Positions 19,252 through 27,693 of a DNA stretch of 64,000 nucleotides are shown here, in pieces. The translations under genes and the position numbers were made by a program. The notes under the pieces are model-generated. The model was not told the origin of the DNA. It saw only the letters and a list, made by a program, of their open reading frames with translations, and did no database searches. Within the stretch, counting starts at the first letter, position 1, and every line of letters starts with the position of its first letter. This DNA comes from an uncultured Neomegalonema sp. (lineage in GTDB: Bacteria; Pseudomonadota; Alphaproteobacteria; Rhodobacterales; Rhodobacteraceae), in contig CALFVD010000055.1 in NCBI GenBank assembly GCA_937928005.1, positions 3,516 to 67,515 of the forward strand, in the 5' to 3' direction.

Positions 19252-20526
19252 ATGGATCGTTTGACTGCCTTCTGCCGTGACTGTCTAACCCCCGTGAGCG
19301 CGGGGGAGCGGCGGTGTGCGGTTTGTCAGTCGCCGCGTATTCTGCGCCACCCCGAACTCGGCGAGTTGAGCATTGCGCATATGGATTGCGATGCGTTCTA
19401 TGCGAGTGTCGAGAAGCGGGACGACCCTTCCCTTGCGGACAAGCCGCTGATCATCGGGGGTGGTAAGCGGGGGGTGGTCTCGACCGCGTGCTATATCGCG
19501 CGGATTAGCGGGGTGCATTCGGCCATGCCGATGTTCAAGGCGCTGAAGCTGTGCCCCGACGCCGTGATCGTACCGCCGAAAATGGACAAGTATGTCGCCG
19601 TTAGCCGTCAGATTCGGGCGATGATGGAGGAATTGACGCCGCTGATCGAGCCATTGTCACTGGACGAGGCGTTTTTGGACCTGTCGGGGACCGAGCGGCT
19701 GCACGGTGCGCCCCCTGCCCTGACGATGGCGCGGCTGGCGCGGCGGATCGAGGAGGAGATCGGGGTTACGGTGTCAGTGGGGCTGTCGGACTGCAAGTTC
19801 CTCGCGAAGATCGCCTCTGACCTCGACAAACCGCGCGGGTTCAGCGTGATCGGGCGGGGCGAGGCGCTGGACTTTCTGGGGCCGCGTCCGGTCGGCACGA
19901 TCTGGGGGGTGGGGGCGGCGCTGGCCGCGAAGCTGAAGCGCGACGGGCTGCATCTGATCGAGGATTTGCGCGCGGTGTCGCCCGAAGACCTGCTCGCGCG
20001 GTATGGCAGCATGGGGACGCGGCTGCATCATCTGGCCTTTGCGCGCGATACGCGGACGGTCAACCCGCGCGAAAAGCCCAAGAGCATCTCGTCGGAGACG
20101 ACATTCTCCGAGGATATCGTCGATATTGACCTATTGGACGCGCATTTGTGGCGGCTGTCGGAGAAAACCTCTGCGCGGGCAAAGGCCAAGGGCCATGCGG
20201 GGCGGACGGTGGTGCTGAAACTGAAGACCAAGGATTTCAAGCTGATCACGCGCAGTCACTCGTTGGGCGGGCCGACGCAACTGGCCGATGCGATCTACCG
20301 GGCGGGGCGGGAAATGCTGGACAAGGCGCATGAAGGGCGGGCGCTTCGGCTGATTGGGATTGGGATATCATCGCTGTCAGATGCCGCCGAGACGGGGGGC
20401 GAAGCGACGGACCTGTTCGACCCGGACGCCCCACGCCGGGCCAAGGCGGAGCGGGCGATGGATGCGCTACGCGACCGATTTGGAGCCGATGCCGTGGAGA
20501 AGGGACGGGGCTTACGGCGCGAGTGA
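19252..20526 (+). CDS. dinB: DNA polymerase IV
   Basis: HMDCDAFYASVE, SLDEAFLD, AKIASD..KPRG. Confidence 0.96.
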   Translation: MDRLTAFCRDCLTPVSAGERRCAVCQSPRILRHPELGELSIAHMDCDAFYASVEKRDDPSLADKPLIIGGGKRGVVSTACYIARISGVHSAMPMFKALKLCPDAVIVPPKMDKYVAVSRQIRAMMEELTPLIEPLSLDEAFLDLSGTERLHGAPPALTMARLARRIEEEIGVTVSVGLSDCKFLAKIASDLDKPRGFSVIGRGEALDFLGPRPVGTIWGVGAALAAKLKRDGLHLIEDLRAVSPEDLLARYGSMGTRLHHLAFARDTRTVNPREKPKSISSETTFSEDIVDIDLLDAHLWRLSEKTSARAKAKGHAGRTVVLKLKTKDFKLITRSHSLGGPTQLADAIYRAGREMLDKAHEGRALRLIGIGISSLSDAAETGGEATDLFDPDAPRRAKAERAMDALRDRFGADAVEKGRGLRRE

Positions 20527-20601
20527 AGGGCAATGCATGAAACGGGTGGCGCGGGGTGGGCGGTTGCGGCATCGTCGCCACGCATCTACGCGGAGAGAAC
20601 G

Positions 20602-21504
20602 ATGACGCAGCAAGCTTCGATGAACGGCATCGCATGGGCGATGATGCTGGTGCTCGCCGCCGTATGGGGCGGATCATTCTTTTTCGTCGAGGTCGCGCTG
20701 ACCGAGGAAAAGCCGCTGACCATCGTGTTGCACAGGGTATTCTGGGCGTTACCAGTGCTAGGGGTGGTGGTGTGGTGGCGGGGGTTGGCGCTGCCGCGTG
20801 ATCCGCGCGTCTGGGGCGCGTATTTGGTGATGGGGGCGCTGAACAACGTGATCCCTTTCGGGCTGATTGTCTGGGGACAGCAATATCTGGAAGGCGGTCT
20901 GGCCTCGATCATCAATGGCATGACGGCGATGTTTGGGGCGGTGGTTGCGGGCGCGCTGCTGGCCGATGAACGGTTGACCTTTGGCAAAGTGGCGGGGGCG
21001 GCACTTGGGTTGATGGGGGTGGCGGTGATCATCGGGCCGGATGCGGTGTCGGGGTTGGATATCCGCGATCTGGCGCAGGTCGCGATACTGGGGGCAACGC
21101 TGTCCTATGCTTTTGCGAGCGTTTGGGGGAAGGTCAGCTTACGCGGGATTGCGCCGGAGCTGAACGCCTTCGGGATGTTGGCGGGCAGTACGGTGCTTAT
21201 GGTGCCGCTAGTCCTCGCCGTGGATGGGGTGCCGACGTTCGATTATTCGGCGGGGGTGTGGGCGTCGCTGCTGGGCATCGCGTGGCTGGCGACGGCGCTG
21301 GCGTATCTTTTGTATTTTGGAATTTTGGTGCGAGCCGGGGCGGCGAACCTGATGTTGGTCACGCTGTTGGTGCCACCCTTCGCCGTGGGGCTGGGGGCGG
21401 CGTTCCTCGGCGAGCGGTTGTCGCCAATGGCCTATCTCGGATTTGCGCTCATCGCGCTGGGGTTGGCCGTGACGGATGGACGGTTGTTCGCGCGGCGGGC
21501 TTGA
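20602..21504 (+). CDS. DMT/EamA family transporter
   Basis: WGGSF motif, about 10 TM segments, FLGERL. Confidence 0.9.
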   Translation: MTQQASMNGIAWAMMLVLAAVWGGSFFFVEVALTEEKPLTIVLHRVFWALPVLGVVVWWRGLALPRDPRVWGAYLVMGALNNVIPFGLIVWGQQYLEGGLASIINGMTAMFGAVVAGALLADERLTFGKVAGAALGLMGVAVIIGPDAVSGLDIRDLAQVAILGATLSYAFASVWGKVSLRGIAPELNAFGMLAGSTVLMVPLVLAVDGVPTFDYSAGVWASLLGIAWLATALAYLLYFGILVRAGAANLMLVTLLVPPFAVGLGAAFLGERLSPMAYLGFALIALGLAVTDGRLFARRA

Positions 21505-21561
21505 TAAAACGACTACCCGAAGGTGTTTTGCGCGTCCGTGATGCTGGTTAACATTGTGTTT

Positions 21562-22047
21562 TCAAGTCCTGCCTAGTTCGGTCTTCATGTTTCTCACGAA
21601 TTCCTTGGCATGATCTAAGGAATGACAACCTACCCAGTTGGCTTGAAACGATATCGACTGCTCCGAGTCCTCAAGCACGATATCAATCATGCTACCGGTC
21701 TGAACAGTGATCGAACAATCACGCGCTAAGTGTATTCGCTGGCTGATCAATGCATATGTGATTCTTGATCCATCGAGATAGATTCCGCTGACATTAATTT
21801 TCTTCCACATCGAATACATCATGAATGGGTAGATTATTGCGAAGATGTAGGACATCACCATCGCGATGATCATCTGTCCGAACGACGAATTATACCAACC
21901 ATATAGGTAGACGTATACGGAAAGCGCAATCATGAAAAGACTGGCGATGAATACCGTAAACATGATCGTCAAAGGCTGACACAAGCAATCGGACTTGAGC
22001 AGTTCACGCGGGATAAAAGGGTATCTATGTTCTGCCTGGTCCGCCAT
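21562..22047 (-). CDS. Hypothetical membrane protein, AT-rich
   Basis: 161 aa ORF, GGAG RBS, two TM segments plus soluble tail. Confidence 0.65.
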   Translation of the reverse strand: MADQAEHRYPFIPRELLKSDCLCQPLTIMFTVFIASLFMIALSVYVYLYGWYNSSFGQMIIAMVMSYIFAIIYPFMMYSMWKKINVSGIYLDGSRITYALISQRIHLARDCSITVQTGSMIDIVLEDSEQSISFQANWVGCHSLDHAKEFVRNMKTELGRT

Positions 22048-22133
22048 GCAAACTCCGTCGCATCTTTCCGAGCCTTTCTATCGGAGGCATCACATATGAG
22101 ACTGGCGTTAACATTCGGTATGTTCACTACACT

Positions 22134-22676
22134 CTACGCAGGCTTGAGCAGAGGCATGTAGACCCATGCTTCGTGGCCGTTGGGCGGGAATTTCAGGAGG
22201 CACCATTGGGCGTCTGCGGAGCAGCCTTGGACGTAGCCGCCCTGCCCCGGATGCAGTTTGCCGACGAGGGCGCGGTGGGTGCCTGCGCCTTGGCGTAGGT
22301 TTACGCGGCCTGTGCCGGTGTGGATGTAGGGCACGTCGGGGCGGTAGAGTTGTCGCCAGTCAACGGGCTGTCGCAGGGAGGCGGCGGCGGCCAAGGGGCG
22401 GGTGAGGGGCATGTAGACCCAGCCGCGCCCGCCATCCTCAAACCCCATTTCGCACCAGCGACCCGTGGCGTTGCAGCCGAGGACCGCGCCGCCCTGTGCG
22501 GGCCGTAGCCGCCCGATCTTGGGGTACTCGGTGCCCGGCCCGGTGCGGACATTCAGGCCGCTATCGGTGGCGTTGATGTGGACGGATGGCGCGTTTTGGG
22601 CGCTGGCCTGAACCGGCAAAACGAAGGTGGCCAGCGCCATAACGCTATAGCGAATGTACTTTCCTATCGACGACAT
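22134..22676 (-). CDS. Secreted protein with two SH3b domains
   Basis: LNVRTGPGT / VNLRQGAGT, C...WC, WVYMPL twice. Confidence 0.85.
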   Translation of the reverse strand: MSSIGKYIRYSVMALATFVLPVQASAQNAPSVHINATDSGLNVRTGPGTEYPKIGRLRPAQGGAVLGCNATGRWCEMGFEDGGRGWVYMPLTRPLAAAASLRQPVDWRQLYRPDVPYIHTGTGRVNLRQGAGTHRALVGKLHPGQGGYVQGCSADAQWCLLKFPPNGHEAWVYMPLLKPA

Positions 22677-22757
22677 CAGGTTTTCCTCGCTTACGGGCTG
22701 CAAACTCTTGCTCACGCACAACCCTGTATAGCCATAGCGGCGGAACCATGTCACGCC

Positions 22758-23030
22758 TCACGCGGTCGGTAGCATTCCCAGCGCGGAGAGGTAGAGGTCG
22801 AGCATGGCTTCTTCCTCGGAGCGTTCGTTGGGGTCTTTCTTTCGGATCGCCACGATCTTGCGCAGGGTCTTGGTATCGAAGCCGTTGCCCTTGGCCTCGG
22901 CGTAGACTTCCTTGATCTGCTCCGCGACTTCCTTTTTCTCCTCCTCCAGACGCTCGATCCGCTCGATGATCTGCTTGAGGTGATCCGCCGCGACGGAAGT
23001 GTTCGAGAAGTCGGTATCGTCGTCTGCCAT
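22758..23030 (-). CDS. gapR: DUF2312/GapR nucleoid-associated protein
   Basis: [14 protein letters not shown]...[14 protein letters not shown]. Confidence 0.92.
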   Translation of the reverse strand: MADDDTDFSNTSVAADHLKQIIERIERLEEEKKEVAEQIKEVYAEAKGNGFDTKTLRKIVAIRKKDPNERSEEEAMLDLYLSALGMLPTA

Positions 23031-23169
23031 GATCTCTAACCGTATCTAGTATTGCGGGGTCCATCGGATAATCGGCCCCGCCCGATGCCGCAAGCGGTTT
23101 CAGGCTCATTCTCTTTTCAAGAGGGGGTTCCATGCACGCAGTGCATAGCGGCTTTGCCAATCCAGCAAT

Positions 23170-23184
23170 TGTTGCAGTGCAACA
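23170..23184. promoter_or_regulatory. TGC-palindrome, PhaR-like box, upstream of the DUF1127 gene
   Basis: TGTTGCAGTGCAACA, nearly identical to the boxes upstream of the phasin gene. Confidence 0.5.
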
Positions 23185-23243
23185 GAACCGCTATCTCTCT
23201 CTCAAGCCAACCGGCACAAACATTTAGACAAGAGGCACGAGCC

Positions 23244-23474
23244 ATGACCACCATCGATTACGCAGCGCGCGTCTCGCACGCCCGTCCTTCCATGACCAGC
23301 GCATTCGTCGCTCTGTTTCAGGCACCCGGCCTGTTCCTGAAGCGCCGTTTCGTGGCCGCCCAGACGCGCAGCGAACTCTACGCCCTCACAGATCGTCAGC
23401 TTGACGATATCGGCGTCGAGCGCGCCCAGATCCAGTCGATCAGCACCGATATGGCTGCCCGCGTCTACGCCTGA
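23244..23474 (+). CDS. DUF1127 domain small protein
   Basis: TRSELYALTDRQLDDIGVER.QI. Confidence 0.9.
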   Translation: MTTIDYAARVSHARPSMTSAFVALFQAPGLFLKRRFVAAQTRSELYALTDRQLDDIGVERAQIQSISTDMAARVYA

Positions 23475-23503
23475 TACTACCCTTACTTTTTTCTCCCTGA
23501 ACT

Positions 23504-23531
23504 GCCCGGCCATCGCGCCGGGCATTTTTTT
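23504..23531 (+). terminator. Intrinsic terminator
   Basis: GCCCGGC-CATCGC-GCCGGGC followed by a T run. Confidence 0.75.
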
Positions 23532-23609
23532 GTGTGTATTCAACGAATTTGTGATTAGTTTAAGTTGATCCGAACGGCCCTTCCCGAATTTCCGAGAGAG
23601 CCTATACAC

Positions 23610-24506
23610 ATGAAAAACGAGACTTATCGGGCCGAATGGCCCACATTTGTGCTGCTTGTGGCGTGTTATCTGGGCTGGGGCGCGGCGTGCCTATGGCATG
23701 GGGCGCTGGGGTGGTGGTTCGTGCCCATTACCGGATATCTGGTAACGCTGCATTCGTCGCTACAGCATGAAGCATTGCATGGGCATCCGACGCGCGACGG
23801 GCGGGTGAATGAAGCACTGGTATTTCCGGCCATTGGGGTGTTTGTGCCCTATCGCGTGTTTCGGCGTACGCATTTGAAACATCATCGCGATTCGAGGTTG
23901 ACCGACCCTTACGATGACCCGGAAAGCGCGTATCTGGCGCGGCGGGATTGGGAAGCGATGTCGCCGGTTATGCGGCTGGCTCTGCGGGTAAATCAGACAT
24001 TGTTGGGGCGGCTGCTGATTGGACCTGCTTTGTCAATCCGGGCGGGGTTGGCGCGGGATATTCCATATCTACGGCGAGGGGATGCGTTCATGCGCGGGGC
24101 TTATTTGGCCCATGGCGCAGGGTTGATCATTGCATTGGGCTTTGCATTCGGAATCGCTGGGGTGCCGGTTGGGACGTATCTTGCCGCCGCCTATGCAGGG
24201 TATGCATTGTTGATGCTACGCACCTTTGCCGAGCATCAGGCGAGCGAGGCGGTGGGGGAGCGGACGGCCATTGTAGAAGCGGAGAAAGTGTTCGCACTGG
24301 CGTTTCTGAACAATAACCTACACGCGGTCCACCACGCTAACCCGCGCGCACCTTGGTATGCGTTGCCCGCATTGTATCGCCGGGATCAGGCGGCAATACT
24401 GGCCGGGAATGGCGGCTACCGGATCGAGGGATACCGCACACTCTTCGCCCGTTATGCCCTGAGCGCGAAAGAGCGCATCGTGCATCCGTTTTTGCGGCGG
24501 GGATGA
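23610..24506 (+). CDS. Membrane fatty acid desaturase family protein
   Basis: His boxes HEALHGH, HLKHH, HAVHH; TDPYDDPES. Confidence 0.9.
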   Translation: MKNETYRAEWPTFVLLVACYLGWGAACLWHGALGWWFVPITGYLVTLHSSLQHEALHGHPTRDGRVNEALVFPAIGVFVPYRVFRRTHLKHHRDSRLTDPYDDPESAYLARRDWEAMSPVMRLALRVNQTLLGRLLIGPALSIRAGLARDIPYLRRGDAFMRGAYLAHGAGLIIALGFAFGIAGVPVGTYLAAAYAGYALLMLRTFAEHQASEAVGERTAIVEAEKVFALAFLNNNLHAVHHANPRAPWYALPALYRRDQAAILAGNGGYRIEGYRTLFARYALSAKERIVHPFLRRG

Positions 24507-25261
24507 CCGCCAGCCTGCCCATGTATGACTGGCCAGAGATGCGGGGCGCGCAGGATGCGTTCTGGGCGCATCTATGCGGCGAATTGCGGGGGCGGGGGGT
24601 GACTGCGCCGGATGCATTATCGGCGGAGACGAGCTGGCGCGACCCCGCGCTGGTATTCAGCCAAACCTGCGGATGGCCTTGGGCAACGGCCTATTCGGAT
24701 GCGCTTGATCTGGTGGCCACGCCTGTGAGCGCGATTATGGGCTGTGACGGGGGCACCTATTCAAGCATGGTGATCGTGCGGGCGGATTCGGCGGTGGAGA
24801 CTCTGGCCGACCTACGCGGGGGCCGCGTGGCCTATAACGGTCTCAACTCGCAATCGGGGGTGCATACGCTACGTGAGGCGGTTGCGCCGCTGGCGGACGG
24901 AGAACCGTTCTTTGGGCGAGGGATTAAGACGGGGGCGCATCGCGCGTCGATTCGGGCGGTGGCCGAGGGGCGCGCAGATTGTGCGGCGATTGATGCGGTT
25001 TGCTGGGCGATGGCACAGGATTTTGAGAAAGAGGCGGTGGCCGAGTTGCGGGTCGCGGCCATGACAGCGCCCGCCCCGGCGCTGCCCTTCGTGACCCGGC
25101 GGGGTGGGCCGGTTGGGGATTTGCGGGAAGCTTTGGAAGCGACCCTTGCCGCAGGATTGGGCGTGTCGCTACATATCAGTGGGTTGGTAGAGCCGGATGA
25201 AGCGGCGTATCGGGGGCTGGTGACGCGGGTTGCGGATGTGCCGCCGCTATTTACGATGTGA
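24503..25261 (+). CDS. PhnD/phosphonate-binding-fold protein without signal peptide
   Basis: ASLPMYD, QTCGWP, SQSG, TGAHRASI.AV..G.AD.AAIDAV; ATGA overlap with the desaturase. Confidence 0.8.
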   Translation: MTASLPMYDWPEMRGAQDAFWAHLCGELRGRGVTAPDALSAETSWRDPALVFSQTCGWPWATAYSDALDLVATPVSAIMGCDGGTYSSMVIVRADSAVETLADLRGGRVAYNGLNSQSGVHTLREAVAPLADGEPFFGRGIKTGAHRASIRAVAEGRADCAAIDAVCWAMAQDFEKEAVAELRVAAMTAPAPALPFVTRRGGPVGDLREALEATLAAGLGVSLHISGLVEPDEAAYRGLVTRVADVPPLFTM

Positions 25262-25286
25262 TAACGACCATGTTGCGCGCCGATCC

Positions 25287-25380
25287 TATAGCCATTTGCG
25301 ATAAACCTGAGCCATATTTCACGCCAAGAGCCGCGCGAAATATGGCGCTTGATGATTCAGGATAATCGCAATTCGCTATA
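25287..25380 (+). repeat. MITE-like palindromic repeat, copy 1 (94 bp)
   Basis: TATAGCCATTTGCGATAAACCTGA...TCAGGATAATCGCAATTCGCTATA; 20/24 bp terminal inverted repeat. Confidence 0.9.
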
Positions 25381-25595
25381 AGGAAGCCTCGGTTCAAAGC
25401 TTATCGTATGCACATATCTCATCAACATAGGCCACGAATGCTGTGTCATTCCCGGCGAAGGCTAGGAATTGCTCCACGCGCCTTGCCCGCCCGGATATAA
25501 GCAAAGCAGACGCCAGAGAATGCCAACACCAAGTGCAAACACACCCATGCCGCGAAAATCCAATCTGGCGGGACTACTGCCCCACCGTCCGTCCC

Positions 25596-25679
25596 CTACC
25601 GCCGCAGTTTAACTAAGATCACAAGCAGAATGGCAAAATTTACAACCCCTAGCGCGAGGGTAATTATCTCAATCGTCAT
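25596..25679 (-). CDS. 27 aa hydrophobic micropeptide
   Basis: MTIEIITLALGVVNFAILLVILVKLRR; GGGAG RBS; start overlaps the 3' end of the HTH gene. Confidence 0.6.
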   Translation of the reverse strand: MTIEIITLALGVVNFAILLVILVKLRR

Positions 25680-25863
25680 AGCGTGATTTCTCCCATGGTT
25701 TCATGTTGTGGTAGAGGGCAGAGCAGGCCAGCCCAATGTATTCCGGCGCACCATCGCGCTTATATTTGGTAATGGTATCCTTTGCGCAGCCAAGCCTACG
25801 CGCCGCCTCTAGGCCCGATATCCCCATATTGATCAGCCATGCGTTGAAGTTATCAGAGGTCAT
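25669..25863 (-). CDS. Small HTH (XRE/Cro-like) DNA-binding protein
   Basis: FNAWL..MGIS..EAARRLGCAKDTITKYK..G.P.YI.LAC.AL; GAAAGG RBS. Confidence 0.75.
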   Translation of the reverse strand: MTSDNFNAWLINMGISGLEAARRLGCAKDTITKYKRDGAPEYIGLACSALYHNMKPWEKSRYDD

Positions 25864-25927
25864 TGAAAAGCCTTTCCGTCCGGGTTAGATTGCAGAGGTG
25901 GCGGGAGCCGAAGCCCCCGCCTGTTCT

Positions 25928-26017
25928 TCACTTTCTCCGAAGGACGACGATTAGCAGTGCGGTTGCTATCGCCGTTTGGAGAACCTGAAGAACGAGAGAG
26001 ACGACTTGTGGGTCCAT
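25928..26017 (-). CDS. 29 aa hydrophobic micropeptide
   Basis: MDPQVVSLVLQVLQTAIATALLIVVLRRK; purine-rich AGAGAGAG upstream; UUCG hairpin after the stop. Confidence 0.6.
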   Translation of the reverse strand: MDPQVVSLVLQVLQTAIATALLIVVLRRK

Positions 26018-26087
26018 CACTCTCTCTTCTGGGTTGGAACCGTCTTACCCCGGTTCGTTTGGGCATCAACGGCGTCGTGCTGTTGAT

Positions 26088-26178
26088 GTCCTATTTTTAT
26101 GACACTCATGTGATAATGCCAATAAGAGAAATCATAAACATATGACATTATTGCAAATATATATCATGAATATATGAT
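26088..26178. promoter_or_regulatory. Divergent promoter region with three operator-like palindromes
   Basis: gTCCTA-N4-TATGAc 26088-26103, aTCATA-N4-TATGAc 26131-26146, aTCATG-N4-TATGAt 26163-26178. Confidence 0.6.
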
Positions 26179-26193
26179 TATAAAAATTTAGCA

Positions 26194-26502
26194 ATGACAG
26201 GTGAAACCACCCGCACGATCAATGCGGCATGTGCGGACGCAGGAATCGAAGTGGCCGATACCCGGGACGTTCTGCAATTCGCGCTTGATGCCGTTGACGG
26301 TTCAGGCTCTATGTTCGATTTCCAGCCCAGACAGAGCGACCATATCGGCGATGATGACGAGATAACGGCAACCGTGAACCGCGCCATTCTGTGCTGCGAA
26401 TGCGCTCGGCTTTATAATGTCGAATGGATGAACGGTGGCTCTCTACAAAACGCGGAACTTTACGGCATTGGTGCGCTTGCTATCTATAGCGATTTGCGAT
26501 AA
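26194..26502 (+). CDS. Hypothetical protein, probably truncated by repeat copy 2
   Basis: 102 aa acidic ORF whose last codons and stop lie inside the repeat. Confidence 0.5.
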   Translation: MTGETTRTINAACADAGIEVADTRDVLQFALDAVDGSGSMFDFQPRQSDHIGDDDEITATVNRAILCCECARLYNVEWMNGGSLQNAELYGIGALAIYSDLR

Positions 26503-26578
26503 ACCTGAGCCATATTTTACGCCAAGAGCCGCGCAAAATATGGCGCTTGATGATTCAGGATAATCGCAATTCACTTTA
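26485..26578 (+). repeat. MITE-like palindromic repeat, copy 2 (94 bp)
   Basis: Near-identical to 25287-25380. Confidence 0.9.
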
Positions 26579-26654
26579 ATGACGGAGAATGCTGGGAAAT
26601 GGATGCCCCGTCTGCGCGGGGTATGACATTGGTGTAATTGGATAAAAGTTTGAT

Positions 26655-26993
26655 TCAGTGTAACCGGCCACCATTCGGGACGTCTGAATCAGGGGCGATG
26701 AGGACAATGGCGCCCTCCGCATCGCTGACGCCCAAGGTCAGGACTTCGGACATGAAAGGTCCGATCTGGCGCGGGGGGAAATTGACCACGGCCATGACAC
26801 GGCGACCGATCAGTGTTTCGGGCGTGTAATGGTCGGTAATCTGGGCGGAGCTACGCTTGATGCCGATCTCCTCGCCAAAATCGATGCGCAGCTTATAGGC
26901 GGGTTTGCGCGCTTCGGGGAAGTTAACCGCCTCGACAATCGTACCCACGCGGATATCGACGTTCATAAAGTCGTCGAGTGTAATCTCGGCCAT
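26655..26993 (-). CDS. csaA: CsaA tRNA-binding/chaperone protein
   Basis: DIRVGTI, SSAQIT, VVNFPPRQIG..MSEVLTLG. Confidence 0.93.
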   Translation of the reverse strand: MAEITLDDFMNVDIRVGTIVEAVNFPEARKPAYKLRIDFGEEIGIKRSSAQITDHYTPETLIGRRVMAVVNFPPRQIGPFMSEVLTLGVSDAEGAIVLIAPDSDVPNGGRLH

Positions 26994-27098
26994 GGTGATC
27001 CCCTTGAGAAATATCGCATAAAAATAAAGCCGCCTGCCCGGTGGGGCAAGCGGCTCTCGTGTAGACCTGTTAGGGCGAACCCCGCAAGGATCGTCGCT

Positions 27099-27578
27099 TT
27101 ATGCGGTCGCTTTGTTCATCGACGCCATGGAGGTCGATGCGAGCGACTTCATTTCTTCAACACCTTCGGAGAAGCGTGCCTGAATGATCGCCATTGCATC
27201 TTCATTTGCTTTGCGTGCGGACTCGCTCAGCTCGGTAAAGATGCCGACCGATTTTTCAAACTGGGCTTTTGCCGCTTCGACGCGCTTTTCGTAACCTTCG
27301 GTGGTCATCGGCTGTGTCGTTGCGTCTTTCATGGTTTCGGACATCTCGGAGACGCCGTTCTGGAGGATTTCGACCTGTTTCTTAAACAGAGCCTGATATC
27401 CCTCGGAAGCAACGCGGTTGGCGTCAACGACGGCCTGTACGTTTTTCTTCTGGGCTTCGGTGAGCGCCTCGGTATCGACGCCGGGGATGGACATGCCGTC
27501 GAACATCTTGGTCATGTCGTTCTGTTTCATCAGGTCGATATAGGTGTTGGGGTCGAACCAGTTTTTCTCGGTCGTCAT
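27099..27578 (-). CDS. Phasin family protein
   Basis: L.EAQKKNVQAV..AN..A.EG.QA..K.Q.EI; GGAGAG RBS; TGC boxes upstream. Confidence 0.85.
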   Translation of the reverse strand: MTTEKNWFDPNTYIDLMKQNDMTKMFDGMSIPGVDTEALTEAQKKNVQAVVDANRVASEGYQALFKKQVEILQNGVSEMSETMKDATTQPMTTEGYEKRVEAAKAQFEKSVGIFTELSESARKANEDAMAIIQARFSEGVEEMKSLASTSMASMNKATA

Positions 27579-27618
27579 ATCAAGCTCTCCTAGCCGGAAC
27601 ATTTCGTTGACGAGAATA

Positions 27619-27667
27619 TGTTGCATCGCAACAAAAAGATCAAGGGAGAAATTGGTGCAGTGCAACA
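27619..27667. promoter_or_regulatory. Two PhaR-like TGC palindromes upstream of phasin
   Basis: TGTTGCATCGCAACA (27619-27633) and TGGTGCAGTGCAACA (27653-27667). Confidence 0.6.
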
Positions 27668-27693
27668 AAAAACAATCAAAACATTGATTGTGT

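Larger units (their letters stand above)
25287..26578. mobile_element. AT-rich mini-island bracketed by two direct copies of the repeat
   Basis: Repeat copies at both ends, compositional shift, phage-like small ORFs. Confidence 0.5.

Noticed and set aside
25860..26145. Track ORFs 25860-26069 (-) and 25957-26145 (+)
   Set aside because: Low-complexity products without convincing RBS; the 29 aa hydrophobic ORF in another frame explains the region better
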